Below the pieces are notes generated by a model. That model was not told where the DNA came from and ran no database searches. It saw nothing but the letters and a program-made list of their open reading frames with translations. A stretch of DNA of 64,000 bases from Babesia bigemina (lineage: Eukaryota), in assembly GCF_000981445.1 (NCBI RefSeq), contig NC_027220.1, positions 372,001 to 436,000 of the forward strand, in the 5' to 3' direction. Shown here one piece after another: positions 46,251 through 59,153 of this stretch; positions within the stretch are counted from its first letter, which is position 1, and every line of letters begins with the position of its first letter. Position numbers and translations under genes: made by a program.

Positions 46251-47309
46251 ATGGAAGTCAATCAGAAGAACGTTGACGCGTCGGATGTCGCGTTCGCAAA
46301 CCTACATGATGAGGAATACGAACGTGCACTTCCAGCTTCGGCATTTCCTGAAAAGCGTACTAAACGAACGTGGATAGAGTATATACTGGGACTGGATTGG
46401 TGGCTTATCATCGGTTTCGTCTTGTGGTATGCGCAAAATGCTTGTTATGTGGTCTTCAACAAACTGTTTTTGAACGAATTACCGCTGCCTTGGACCTTGA
46501 GTGCCTTCCAACTGCTAATTGGGTGGTTTTTCATGATCGTGTTTTGGGGGTGCAACATCCGAGACAAACCCAACTTCGACAACGTACGCAAATTTTTCGT
46601 CACCTTTCTGCCCATGTCGTTTCTTCATTTCCTGGTGCACGTGTCCGCAGTGATTTCTATGGGTCTAGGAGCTATATCATTTACTCACGTTGTGAAGGCG
46701 CTCGAGCCAGTGATCACTGTCATCTTGTCCATGCTGTGCCTCCACGAATTCATGAACGTATACGCGTACCTTGCTCTCATACCAATTGTTGGAGGTGTGG
46801 CGTTGGCATCCATAAAGGAACTGAACTTCAGCATCGGAGCATTTTTGTTCGCCATGCTCTCCAACGTCGCGGGAGCAACGCGCTCCATTTTGGCCAAGGT
46901 CACTTTGAAGAACAAAGCAGACATTGGAGAAAACCTTACGGCAAACAATATCTACATGATATTGACTTTGATTGCTTCGCTCATATCGCTTCCTTTCCTG
47001 GTTGGCTTCGAAGCGCGTCACTGGATCCCAGTCTGGACCAAGGCAACGGCAAATATGACGCAAAGCGAAAAACTTTGGCTCCTTTTCTATGGTTTCGCAT
47101 CTTGCTTCTTCTACTTCTTGTCGAATGATAGCGCATTTTATTGCCTGGGCCAAATCAACCAAGTAACCTACTCTGTGGCAAACACTGCTAAACGTGTTTT
47201 GCTCATAGCCTCATCCATCATTGTCTTTAAGAACAAGGTCACTGGAATGGGTTATATTGGAATGATCTTTGCGGTTTTGGGAACGTTCGTCTATTCAATG
47301 GTCAAATAA
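46251..47309 (+). CDS. Plastidic-type triose-phosphate/PEP:phosphate translocator, copy 2
   Basis: WYAQN, HVSAVISMGLGAISFTHVVKALEP, SNVAGATRSIL and NQVTYSVANTAKRV; clear paralogue of 44121-45254. Confidence 0.92.
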   Translation: MEVNQKNVDASDVAFANLHDEEYERALPASAFPEKRTKRTWIEYILGLDWWLIIGFVLWYAQNACYVVFNKLFLNELPLPWTLSAFQLLIGWFFMIVFWGCNIRDKPNFDNVRKFFVTFLPMSFLHFLVHVSAVISMGLGAISFTHVVKALEPVITVILSMLCLHEFMNVYAYLALIPIVGGVALASIKELNFSIGAFLFAMLSNVAGATRSILAKVTLKNKADIGENLTANNIYMILTLIASLISLPFLVGFEARHWIPVWTKATANMTQSEKLWLLFYGFASCFFYFLSNDSAFYCLGQINQVTYSVANTAKRVLLIASSIIVFKNKVTGMGYIGMIFAVLGTFVYSMVK

Positions 47310-47697
47310 TTTCTCTATGCGCAAGGTTTCTCGTGATGGCCGTATTGTGTGGAGATGTCTGTGGGCTGAAATTTGGCAACACCACTCCGTATTGCTTTTC
47401 TGGGGCTTATGTTCAGGTTTCTCGGGTACTTATGCCTCATTAGCGTGATCTATTTGATCACGCGTATAACGTACGCACACAACCTTCCATCTGGACATTT
47501 CAAGAGGTCAAGAATGTTTCAAGCGGTCCCAACACACTGCGTTCCTTTGACGTCAACTTTGTGCAAGGGTATAATCCCGAAACGGGGTTGAACAAAAACA
47601 TAGGAAACGCCTCATAACGCTCTGCGCGGTTACTACACTGAAAGACCATCACGCAGTTGCTGCAGCATGGAAGACCAGATGCATCCTAATCAATTTG

Positions 47698-50600
47698 CTA
47701 CTTTGGTGGAGATTTCACGAGTTTGGTACTATGTAAATAGACCCTATTTACACAAGCAGCGTTGAGTATTGCCGGTTCGACGTATGTTTTCGTGGCATGC
47801 TCGATACAACGCGCAAGGTACTGACATCTCTCTCGAAAAGCAGCCTCAAAATTGATTTTGCATACTTCAATTTCCCGCTGCCTTTTGTACACGCGTAAGA
47901 GATAGTTACGCTGTTCTTGCCTCTCCAGAACCTTTTTAAGTATTGTTTCAGCCAATTCGCACGGTGTAACACCGCTGTCGTGAAGTTTCATGAGTTGCTC
48001 ATATGCATATCTGGCCCGGCTAGCTGCGGCGTGGTTCGGCATGCCCATATTAATGTAGTGTTCAGCCAGTGTATCCATCTCGACGGCCAATTTGTCAAAC
48101 CCGCCTGGAGCCATGTCTATCGGCTTTAACTCTGTGAGGGCATTCTGTATGGTGCGCGGTGGATCGTACTTGCCGAGGGGCCGATATCGTATGATGAGTG
48201 ACATGAGTTTAATGCAGTCCTCCGAGCACGTAGTCTGGCGGTATGCAAGCCTCTGTGGGAGGAACACTCCTGAGAACTTGCATATTGACATATTCTTGTC
48301 GTGCATCAAAAATCTTTGCTCAATCTCCACTGGGGTTATTATCTTGTGGTATCTCAGCTTTTGGATAATTTCTTCGCCGAACACGTTGTTTATAGCCGTG
48401 TAGTTTCCCTTCGGCATCATCCCGTCCAAAATTTTGCAGAGTGTATCATGTGCCGAAATGTTGAGATATTTCATCTTGGTTGCGCAACAATTTACGAATT
48501 GCGCGATCGTCCATCCTGGCAATTCAATGCTTATTTTTTCAAGCTCGAACTGGGACTTGAAGGTCTCCATTGTTATGTCAATGTTGAACGTGTCCTCAAC
48601 ACTCAATAACGTCTTGATGTATTCCAATAGCATGTTTGAAACGTTGCGATACATCGCCATTGTCATACGATTGACCTCCTGAGATGCATGAGGTTCCATC
48701 CGAAGGCTAGGGTTCGCAATGTAATCAAAAAATTGCGACGCAGTCGTGAAGTTAGACACCACTGCTTCATCATCGAGGTTGTATCCGTGGGATGCTGCGA
48801 CCAATTAACGGGTCAATTGGAGGGAATGAATCTTACCTGCCATATCTACGGCGCTGCTGAAGTATGGCTGTAACACGGAGTATACGAATACCGGTATCAA
48901 TGGGTAGATGGAAACGTTTTCTAGAGGCACGCTAGGAAGCGCCCAGCCCGAGGGGATATTGAACTTGACCATATTGTGCATCCGCTTGAACGCCAGTTTA
49001 ATATATCTTGGCACTGTGATAATTGTAAGGATCTTGTTCAGATGCAACAGGAATTTGGTGAAGTTGTTCAGCTCCTCGCTATTGGGTGCCGCCTTACATG
49101 GTAGCACTAACCGGTGCTGCTTCATGAAGGTTGCAAAAGACTCGTTGAACTCGTACGAATAGAATGTGCGAGCGTTAGGCGCAGAGATAACTTTGGATGC
49201 TGCGTATATCCTCAGCATTTGTGCAAACGGGGAACTTGAAGCGTTTAGTGGCGCATGTGGCTTGAAGCACAGTTGGAGCTCTTCACGCAGCAGGGTAAAC
49301 AAAAGGGCGACGAATTGCATGTGCACCCTTGGTTTGTCCATACTGGCATAAAGCTACACAGTTTTGAGGTTATACGCGCATGCACTTACGCAAGTAACAA
49401 AATCTTCAACCATTGTGATTGCGTTCCCGAATAGGCAGAGCCTAACAAGATATGCGGGTTGTAGGAATACTATTTGAACAATCTGCTGTATCTGCGGCAT
49501 CAATTGCGTGTACACCTTAAAATGCCTGTCAAACAAACTCGGCGGACGGGATTGCGGGCGACCAATGTTGCCTATAAACCCTTGTATGGCTGCCTCCAGT
49601 TTGGACTGCTGGGCATTCATTTCACCATGGTACCTGTCCAGCTCGAGTATAAAGTCTACATGGTGTTTCAAACACTTGACAAGATCGTCCTGCAGCTTGT
49701 AAGCGGTGCTGTATGAGTTACCAAACCTCGAATGACTTCAACGACGACTCCCAACATAGGCGCTCTTCGTTTTGCAAAATAATTTGGAGGCTTTTCCAAT
49801 CCACCACACTCTTGTCCTCGGTGAAATGCAATTCATTTATAAGCGACTCTACTGTCAACGCAAACGCAGACTGCGCCTTGTTAAATGTCCACTTTGCACT
49901 TACCAGGTCGTTGTTCGTGGTCATGTTGTCAAATCTGTTCAACATATCACCGACCAGACTCATAGTGGCAATCTGAATTGCTATGCGCGTTAACGGTTTA
50001 AACCTACAGCTGTGGGTTTGTAAGTCACCTTGTCACGCGTTTCACCGATTCCCAAGCGGCCATCAGATGATGTACCCCAGGCATACGCATCTCCGTTGCT
50101 GTGGCATGCTATGTAACTGATTTGCGTAACCTTACACTGTTGTACACGCAGCGAACGACCGCGACGTTGCTATAGACAGAACGGGGGATTCGATTGTCAC
50201 CAAGGATGGTCTTTCAATGAAACCCGTTGATGCGACATCTTTAGACGTAACAGGGACCCCTAATTGCCCTGAAGAGTTATCTCCCCAAGCGATCAGCTGA
50301 TTAAGATAAACAAACAGATGCTTTTACCTACGTGTCCTTGATCCGTGATGACGAAGGAATGATTCGATGATGCAGCCACGCTATGAACTTTGGCGACTCC
50401 CGATTGGCTAGGTAAATTGGCAACCAAGGTCGGCTCGACAAGAGTATCATCGCTTCCATTGACGTAGGCGCCCTTTCCCCAACCGTAAAGATCATGTTCC
50501 ATAGATACGGCCAGTGAGTGAGAAGCGCCCACAGCCATATCTATAAACTTAAGTCCGCTTTTTACGCAGGTAAATGTATTCACTCCCGCCGTATCGCCAG

Positions 50601-52781
50601 TTCCCAGCCTTCCATCCGCTCCCGACCCAGTCGAGTACAACGTCCCATCGTGCTGCAGGAGTAACGAGTGAGTATTGCCTGCAACATTTGATGGCACTTA
50701 TTATTCGGCGAACCTAACACGACCTTGTAAACGCCTGATATGTACGTTATTTTGCGCGGCGTCATTATAACAGCATTCGTGCATTCGTCCCCAAGTCCCA
50801 ACTTCCCTCCAGACGAGGAACCAAACACCCATGCCATGCCCACTTCATCGTTCTCGAAGCCGTCGTGTTTCGCCGTTGTCACACAGCAGCTATTGTTGAA
50901 CCCTGCAAATGCCTTTATAGCATATTCCAGGGATATCACGTGCTCCGGGAAGCCCCTGGGCCTGAGGTCACCTGCATGTGGTGATGGCGCTTTGGTTATC
51001 ACGACAAACCTAATCCAAGCTGTCCCGAGTCATTTTGTCCCCACGAAAAGACCAGTCCTTCGATGGTTACCGCTATTGTGTGGTTAGATCCGCATGCGAT
51101 ACTTCTGATTTTTGTGCTGAAATAGTTTAGAGGCCTGGGTTCGTTGTACGTCTGAATAAATTGCATTAGTAATGTTGAAAAGTTTCTTACCTCGGCGTTT
51201 GCAGTATCATCTGAAAATCCGCTCCCTTTACAAGCTCCCCAAGTGTACACAGTTCCGTTACAAGTAAGCAACGCCCCGTGGGCCGTGCCAACTGAGAGCT
51301 GTTTTATTCGTCTTTCATCAGCCACATTAGCGGCATTCAATTCGAGAGGTGATTCAGATTTGTGTACATCTTGCGTTTGCGACCGTTGCTTTAATATAGG
51401 ATCCACGAAAACCCTACTCCTGAGTTCGGCCACGAACTTGGGATGTTGGAAGTCAGATACGTTACCGTGTCCCAACCTGAAACAGCTCCCGACACCCCAA
51501 GTTAGTATATCTCCATAAGCGTTGACGGCTGCACAGCTATATGGGCCTGCTGCGATATATACGTTCTTCGACCCGGCCTCCGTGACCTTCTGAGGAACGT
51601 GTGCGATTTTTGGCACATCGGCTGACGTCGACATGCAACCCAGCATATGCCCCCATTGATATATACATCCTTCTTCAGTTAGCGCCAACGTGACGCCTGC
51701 ACCACATGCCACCTGGTTATTTTGTGAGCTACAAAGATATGTAGCATACCTGAACTACTTTCGTGTCACCAAGGGCCTCAACCAAGGTAGGTATAACCGC
51801 GTCATCTACCGAGGTTCTGCGCCCAAGCTTACCGCCTTTTGAAGATCCCCACGTATATACTTTCCCGTCGCTATCTATACACGCTGAATGTGTGTCACCA
51901 CACGCGGCCTGTTTCACTTGGTGTTCATCTAGAGATCCGACCATCTTGGGGGTGTACTGCGTCCTAGTATTCCCTATTCCAAGTCTGCCGTTTCCTGTGA
52001 GTTGCTATTAAATGCGTGTTTTGCTGTTACCTCCATATCCCCATGCCCACAGTTTGCCCGCATCGTCGACGCCAAATGAGTGACGGCATCCAGCAGCACA
52101 ACTTGTCATGAATGTTTCATATGGGAATCGCACTCTGACAGGGGTGTAGCTATTGTGGCTTTCCCCTGTACCTAGGACGCCGAATGAACCCATACCCCAG
52201 GAGAACAGCGATCCATCCACCGTTGTCACCAGTGTATGGTTGGCTCCGCATGCAAGCGAAATAACATTGTGCTTGAGGTTCACCGATAGTCCGACTGGTT
52301 GCGGCTCCGCTGTACACCATGCCGATTCTGTATCGGATGTTGTGCTGTATGGTAGATTATGCGATGACTGTGCGTGGTCGTCGATATCGTATCCCAGCCG
52401 GCCCGCGGTGCCTAGGCCGAACGTGTATACTGTACCGCCTGAGACACTCGTTGCACCATGTGGCATCACGAGAGCTGCAGAATGATAATCCCCGCACGAC
52501 ACTTGCAAAACGTTTTTCTGTTTGAAGAAAGGTACGGCTTTGGGTGTTTTTGCCAAGTTGGTATTGAGTCCATGTCCAATACAGTTGAAATTCCCTTTTC
52601 CCCAAGAATACAGATTGAATTCGGCATCTTTGACGGTGTCATGTCCAGTCGAAAATGCATTTGCCTCCCCTAATGCCACAGATTTCGTAACGCAGAGTGC
52701 ATGGTTGAGGCCAAGGGCAACCACCAGAGCTGCCTGTGGCCGTTTTTCGGTGACATGGTCACCATCCACATCACTACTCAT
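47698..52781 (-). CDS. Multi-exon RCC1-repeat protein (about 14 repeats) with C-terminal RasGAP/IQGAP-like helical region; 3' end may extend to about 47450
   Basis: Consecutive minus-strand ORFs separated by short GT-AG introns. RCC1 repeats such as VSCGDYHSAAL..VYTFG.G..GRLG and AACGDTHSACI..VYTWG span about 50030-52720, followed by helical ORFs 49718-49963, 49354-49671, 48805-49341 and 47698-48804. Confidence 0.85.
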
Positions 52782-53004
52782 GTTAATTCACCCATGGCTA
52801 CTAACAAAAGACATATGTGTGAGCTCCAAGCCTCCCACCCAGCAGTATGATCAGACACGACCGCCGCGGCAACGCCGCTACGCGGCGTAGACAATCAGCC
52901 ATTTATCAACATTATTACTTCCAATTTGTGTGATATGATACTACTAGTCGAGGTGTGTTGGTGTAACGTTCACAGAGTAATCGAAAGCCCATTCCTCCGT
53001 GTGG

Positions 53005-56000
53005 CTATAGTACTGAGTACCTCCCGGTCATCTTCTGCATCACAGGCTGCCCATATTGCGGTATCGCGGCTGACTGTACGATCTTCCTCAATTCGCTCCT
53101 GCAAATTGCTGTGTAATGCGGTAATAATGACTCACAATGCGGATTGGACGCTCACAACGCTCGGGCCGGATATCTCTATATACAATCCCTTGGTGCCTCC
53201 CAGCACGTTCAAGTTGCGCGTAGCCGTCTCAACCGGTATATAACGGCCTTTTACTTGTAGCGTAACGCCTGCTTGCTCCATCACATACGACAGCACCTCC
53301 TTGTTCGTGATGCGATGCCTGACCAACTCCGGGAACGAGTTGATGTCGAATTCGTCATGCGCGTACCCAGTGTTGGCATCGATGTATCCCGCACAAGTGA
53401 GACCCTTAATCATGGGTTCCGGTTCGCGCTGTAGAGGGTTTGAAATGCAAAGAGGTGAAACAAACCGTGATTATGGGCTTGTCGAAGGGGTTAGTTTCCT
53501 TCTGTTGTGTTTGTGTCAAAGAAGACTGCAATCCGCCGGAAGACTGATACAAAAAAATGTGAAGGGTAAAGATTTAGACTTACCGTTTTGATATTTGCTA
53601 TACCACCAGTTGCATTTTCGGCCAACGCTGCCTCCTCCTCTTCGTCCATGTCGTTATTGAAACCTAATATACACATAGAACACAAGGACATTGTGCACTT
53701 ACCAAGAGCTTTACATGCGTATTGACGCTCCTGCTGCTGCCGTGACTTCTCGGCGTCCGTAAACTTGAACCCACGGCCACCGAATCCGCCCCCGATGCGC
53801 ACCTTGTGTTTTCCGTCCAACGTTGCTAAGTGTGCCTCAGCGAGATGTTGGAGATCCATTGGCACCTCTTGGTTAGACGCTTTAAGTGCTTTAATGATAT
53901 CGTGCGACTTCGCGCCTTCCTCAGGCGTAATGAACGTGTAGCTCGTGCCGATGTTGCCTGCTCGCCCAGTTCTGCCCACTCGGTGGACGTAGTCTTCGAT
54001 GTGATCCGGTGTTGCGTAGTTGATGACTAGGACGACCGACTTGACGTCGATCCCCCTTGCTGCGATAGATGTTGCAATGAGTATCCCCTTGGTCCCGTCT
54101 CTGAAGTCTTGGAGCGTGAACTCCCTATCAGTCTGGTCCTGACCTCCATGTAACACGGCACACTCGTAACCATGTTTTATAAGTTCTGCAAACATATTGT
54201 CGGCGTCTACCTGTCTATTGACGAAAATTATGATGCTGCCGTGCTCATGCCACTCCCCTAGCAGTTTGAGCAACGCATAGATTTTCTGATTCTCCCGGAG
54301 CACCATGACGTGCTGGTCCACTTGCGATGCACTCTTTCCCGACTCTCCAACAACTACTTGCAGAGGCTTGGTGAGGATTTTCTTCGCCAGAGCCTCGATG
54401 GTTGGAGGGAAAGTGGCTGAAAACAGAGCGGTTTGCCTGTCCGGTCGTACATTGTCAATGATGGCGCTAATCTGCGGACTGAACCCCAGGTCGAACATGC
54501 GGTCGGCCTCATCGATGACTACGAAGGTGACCCTCCTCAAGTTGGTGACCTTTCCGTTGCTGATGGTGAGAACCTCTATTAGCCTCCCCGGTGTTCCACA
54601 GACTATTTCCGCCCCTCTCTTTAGCGCATTGAGTTGTTCACCTATTGGAGCTCCTCCGTAAACAGCCTTGGTGCGCAATCCGACAAGTTTCGATAGTTTC
54701 GAACTCTCCGCCCCAATCTGGCTGGCAAGTTCCCTTGTAGGCGCAATAATAAGCACAATCATACCGTCGTTTTCTCTCAGCTTGGGCTGGTATAGAACAT
54801 GCCTGATGGCAGGGAGCAAGTAGGCTAGTGTCTTTCCCGAACCGGTTTCTGCTATTGCCAGGACGTCGCGCCCGCACATGAGGGCAGGTATGCATTGCAT
54901 CTGAATAGGAAACGGCTTCTCGTAGTTGCGATGTTGTAGAAGCGCTAGTATTGGATCAGGCAGCCCGCACTGTGAGAAGTTGTAAATAGGTCTTGGGCAT
55001 TGCTTCCCCCGGACCCTGATGTTTCCATTTGCCTTCCTGAAAGCGTCCACTTCGTGTTCCTTCATCGCAGTTATTGCTGAGATCTGCACATAGAAATTCT
55101 TCTTGAAAGGAGGGTAATCAATCGTAGAATGGTCTACCTTGGGCATCTCAATTCTGCTTCGAGTGCTGCCCTTGAACATTTCGGAATAGTCTACAGTCTG
55201 CGTTCGTTCGGGTTTTTCGTCATCGCTGGATATTACACCATCGTCACCGTCGTGTTGTTTTGAGTCCCTCTTAGTTTTGCGCCGCAGCTGTGAGAGGAAC
55301 TCCTCTTCACAGTCTTCACCTGCTGCTTCGGGTTCGTTGGACATGGCCATAATTTCTTCCAACGTCACGGATTTCCCCACGTCCGATGATATGCTTGAGT
55401 TAGGGTCCAATATGGGTGCGAGTTGCACATGTTTCAACTCCTCCTCACTCTCCTTGAGTATGTTCGTCATGTATAAGTCCAGAGGATCAACATCTCCCGC
55501 ATCGGCGCTATCTTGCGCATCCTCCTTTCCCTGCGCTTCTGTTTGCACCTGGAAGAAACTTTCAAGCGCATTGTTTTCCACTTTCTTAGATTTGGCTGCG
55601 CCAAGTTTCAACGACAGTATCTTGGTTGCCCCGCCACCATTGGTCATGGAAGCACGTAATTTCTTCTCCTCTGCGAGCTTTTTAAAGCGAGCTAGACGAT
55701 CCAACTTTGCTGCATCCTTGTCAGGCAGTTGCTTTTGAGCACTGGCATCAGTGGCAGTTTCCACTGTGTGTTGTGTTTGTCTATCCGAGTGAGTGCGCTC
55801 ATCCTGCTCTGCGGGATATTTGGTAGATTCCGCAGACCGCCCATCTCGCAGCGCCGCATCTGCATCGTCACGAGCATCACGCTTCGAATGCCTGCGCTCT
55901 GATGACTTGCGCCGGTCCTTGTGATGGTCACGTGAGCGAGAACGGTACCTCTTGGATACCTCTTCATCGCCGGAAACGTCCGAGTGCAAGGAGTGTTTTC

Positions 56001-56166
56001 GACGGCGATCGCGGTGTCTTCCATCTATGCTTGGCGATCTAGATCGACCGTGCCTTCGTGAATGTCGCGATTTTGCCTCGTGCGGCGACCTGCTGCGGTG
56101 TCTATGTGACCGACCGCGGCCGTCGTCTCCTCGAGACCGCTCATAAAGGGACCCACGGAATCCCAT
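53005..56166 (-). CDS. PRP5: DEAD-box RNA helicase Prp5/DDX46 (multi-exon)
   Basis: RS-rich N-terminus, DPLDLYM, Q motif PFPIQMQCIP, AETGSGKT, PTRELA, TPGRL, DEADRMFDLGF, SATFP and HRVGRTGRAG. C-terminal domain FDINSFP...VTLQVKGRY. The last exon ends TGRYSVL* (TAG at 53005-53007). Confidence 0.93.
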
Positions 56167-57029
56167 TCAGGATTAACTATTTCGAAATTTGCACGTTCCC
56201 TGTGCTTTGTTATAACATTGCTAGGCTGTCAATTCCGTGCCTAGCCGTTGCATGGGTGCAGCATCAGGGGAGATCCACACATCGGACCACGCGCCCTACG
56301 GCTGCCAGAAAAGCGCATAACAGCTCATTTTCTCAATACGGATTCACAGAATGGATATGTTTAAACACGAGGCGTTTACATAAGCGTATTTTGGGGAAAT
56401 GTGCTGGCATTAATTGCGGACCTATTCTGCCATGTGTCGCGCCCTTTACTCACGTTGATGTTGCTGCTGAATGGCAACCTTCCTTAAACGAAAACACGGT
56501 TGACGCTACTAGTTGTCGCATGGAGGTGACTTATGCACCTCGATTTAGGTTTCCGGAGGAAACAACGAAGGGAGTGCGTTGCATAATGATTCGACACGCT
56601 GTAGTTACGTATCCCGTTCTACGATAACATAAGCTTATTATGCACAGATTTTCAGGGGTCTATAAGTGCTGATAAGACCCCTTTAAGTTCTGCGATTGGC
56701 TCATATATAGAGCGCGGTAGCATAATGTTAATGTTTTAGATATACGTATGCTGCCCGCACAAAGTGAAAATGGCAGCAGTTTTCTCCTCTGGAGATGCGC
56801 GACGTTGGTCAAACCCCATTTATAATTCCCTTTATCCGTGGAACCCCGCTGCTCACAACAAATCGCAGTCGATTCATTATTTACAGTCCATATTTTTGTA
56901 CATTTCCAATAGCTATTAAAGTAGGTTTTTTGGTAGTGCTATAACTGAGTTTTGTCGCCTGAAGCCGTCCAATTATACCTGCGTCGCTCTTGCTAGTCAC
57001 AGTCCTGTCTCGTGGGATACGCCATCACA

Positions 57030-57844
57030 ATGACGACACATCACTCTAGAATATTGTCAACCATTACTTCCGTCATTCCTGAAGAGGCTTCGTTCCTTTT
57101 TGGTTCGCTGACGCTGCCGTACACGCAGGTCTTAGCCAAGTCCGAACTGAGCTACGCCTTCGTTAACATAAGGCCGTTCATGCCGGGGCACACGCTGGTG
57201 TCCCCGTTGCGAGTTGTTAAGGTGTGTGTTGCGTAGCGGTTATTCCGCAGTGCTACGTGTCTGTCTACAATCGCCGCGACCTGTCATGCGTTGTCGCCCA
57301 TCTTCTCGTAGAGATACCGGGATATGACTGCCGAAGAGCTATCCGATTTCAGCGCTCTAGTTCAGATCACTGCTGAAGCTCTAGAATTAAAATACGGTGC
57401 CACGGCCAGTACAATAGTTATTCAGGTGGGTGTGTAGGCATTGCACAAAATCGAAACGTTGGTTGGTTTTGATGTCGAACCGTATTATCGGCGTAATACA
57501 TCTCGTTTATGATAATTGTACGCCTGTTTTGAGCAGATACACTGTCCGATGCTAAGGTGTGCAACGCGTTTCCATAAATTCTGACAGGATGGGAAGGCAG
57601 CCGGCCAGACAATACCACATGTGCACGCACACGTAATCCCAAGACACGAGAAAGATTTGGAAAATCCGGATTCCATTTATGACGAGCTGGAGAAACCCAC
57701 TAACAGGCTATGGTATGTCCACTGTTCACTAAGCGCAAATAATACAGGACCGACGAGGAGATGGCGGTTTGTGCAAGGGAAACACGACCCTTTGTGGACA
57801 AAGTGATCGAAGAAGGCGCGTTGGGTTGCCTCAAGCCCACATAG
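57030..57844 (+). CDS. FHIT: HIT family hydrolase, Fhit-like bis(5'-adenosyl)-triphosphatase (4 exons)
   Basis: SYAFVNIRPFMPGHTLVSPLRVVK / RYRDMTAEELSD...TIVIQ / DGKAAGQTIPHVHAHVIPR (histidine triad) / TDEEMA, joined by GT-AG introns. Confidence 0.88.
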
Positions 57845-58125
57845 GTGGTGGTGTCAATCATAGGTTATACTCTCGACACACATGCATACATATACCGGTT
57901 ACAAACCCCTTTTCCAATGCGCTCCAAACCAAAAATTGCGCACACATCAATATTATACGTACTACGAATTCGTACAATGTTTGAACAGGCCGCGGCGCTT
58001 AGGCGCGCGTGTACCGTTGTATGGTCTTCCTTAAAAAGTCCTGCCCCGCGTTAGCACACAACTGTACTATAAACCTTTTGCGCCAGACATTTAAACAACA
58101 CATAATGTGCAGGGCCCGTTTTTAA

Positions 58126-59153
58126 ATGGTCAATAGAATCCTATCCATACTGCGCACGGTGCCGGCCTTCTTACTATGTTTGCTTTATGACAATGCCATT
58201 TCCGTCAATATAAGCCACAGTAGACATATCTATTTTCCTCATGCTATTTCTAGCTCTAGAGAGCCTCGCCCTGTAAACAATTGCTGTATTAGGTCTACAG
58301 TAGGCGCTATTAGGGATGGCTTGCCTTCGTTTGCCTTCCTGGCTGCTGGACTAAGGTCGTTACCTCATCATAGCGTAGCAAGCACGGTCAATGTTCGTAG
58401 AGGAACTCAACGAGATGCCAGTAAGTGAATCGTTTCTTTACGCTCCACTTGTTGCAGTACCGAGAAGCAAACCGCCTGATATAAGTTCGGCCCTATTGAA
58501 TGAGCGTACCATCTTTATTGGATATCCAATACAGGCTGAGGTGAGACGCAAACACCTCATCGCTATTATGTTTAGGTTGCGCAGCTGGTGATAGCACAAC
58601 TGCTTTATCTGGACCACGCATCACAGAAGCCTATAACAATATACATCAACAGTGACGACAGTCCGGTAAACGAAGACCCATTATCCAGCTGCGATATATA
58701 CGCGCTTAACATCGTTGATGTTATGAGGTATTGGTTACCAAAAAATCCCACACCTTCGCGTGCAGTTACGTGAAGAGCGACATAATAACAGTGAACTTGG
58801 GCAAGGTTGGTTTAAATTTGCCTCGAAAGTTCGAATTGTTGTAGGCGTACGGATCAGCTGCGTTGATTTTGGCATCAGGCACACCGGGCAAACGGTTGGC
58901 ACTTCCAAATTCATTCACGGCGTTGCGCCAGTCTGCGGTTTCCTTAGAGCTCATGCCAGCTGCAGACATCTGCATATACTCGAAAGAAATATTGAAGGCG
59001 AGAAGGCAAATGATATGTATGCTGGCTAGGTGTTGCGGAAAAGGTGAGGATGATGTATTGCAGACTATACAGCGCGGATGTTATATGGGTGCTCAACAAG
59101 CTGTTGAATACGGCTTAGTCGACAAGATTATCGACGAATACGCTGTAAATTGA
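58126..59153 (+). CDS. clpR: Apicoplast-targeted non-catalytic Clp protease subunit ClpR (multi-exon)
   Basis: Signal peptide plus basic/Ser-rich transit-like leader. PPDISSALLNERTIFIG, IAQLLYL, PITIYINS, ILASGTPGKR and AVEYGLVDKII. The catalytic Ser position reads AYGSAA and the His position reads ALRQS. Confidence 0.85.

Noticed and set aside
46370..47128. 252-aa alternative-frame ORF inside TPT copy 2
   Set aside because: Non-ATG start, no recognisable features, and explained by codon usage of the real gene.
56058..56920. 189-aa ORF and a possible small spliced gene from ATG 56520 between Prp5 and Fhit
   Set aside because: The long ORF overlaps the Prp5 start antisense. The spliced model is possible but has no homology support.
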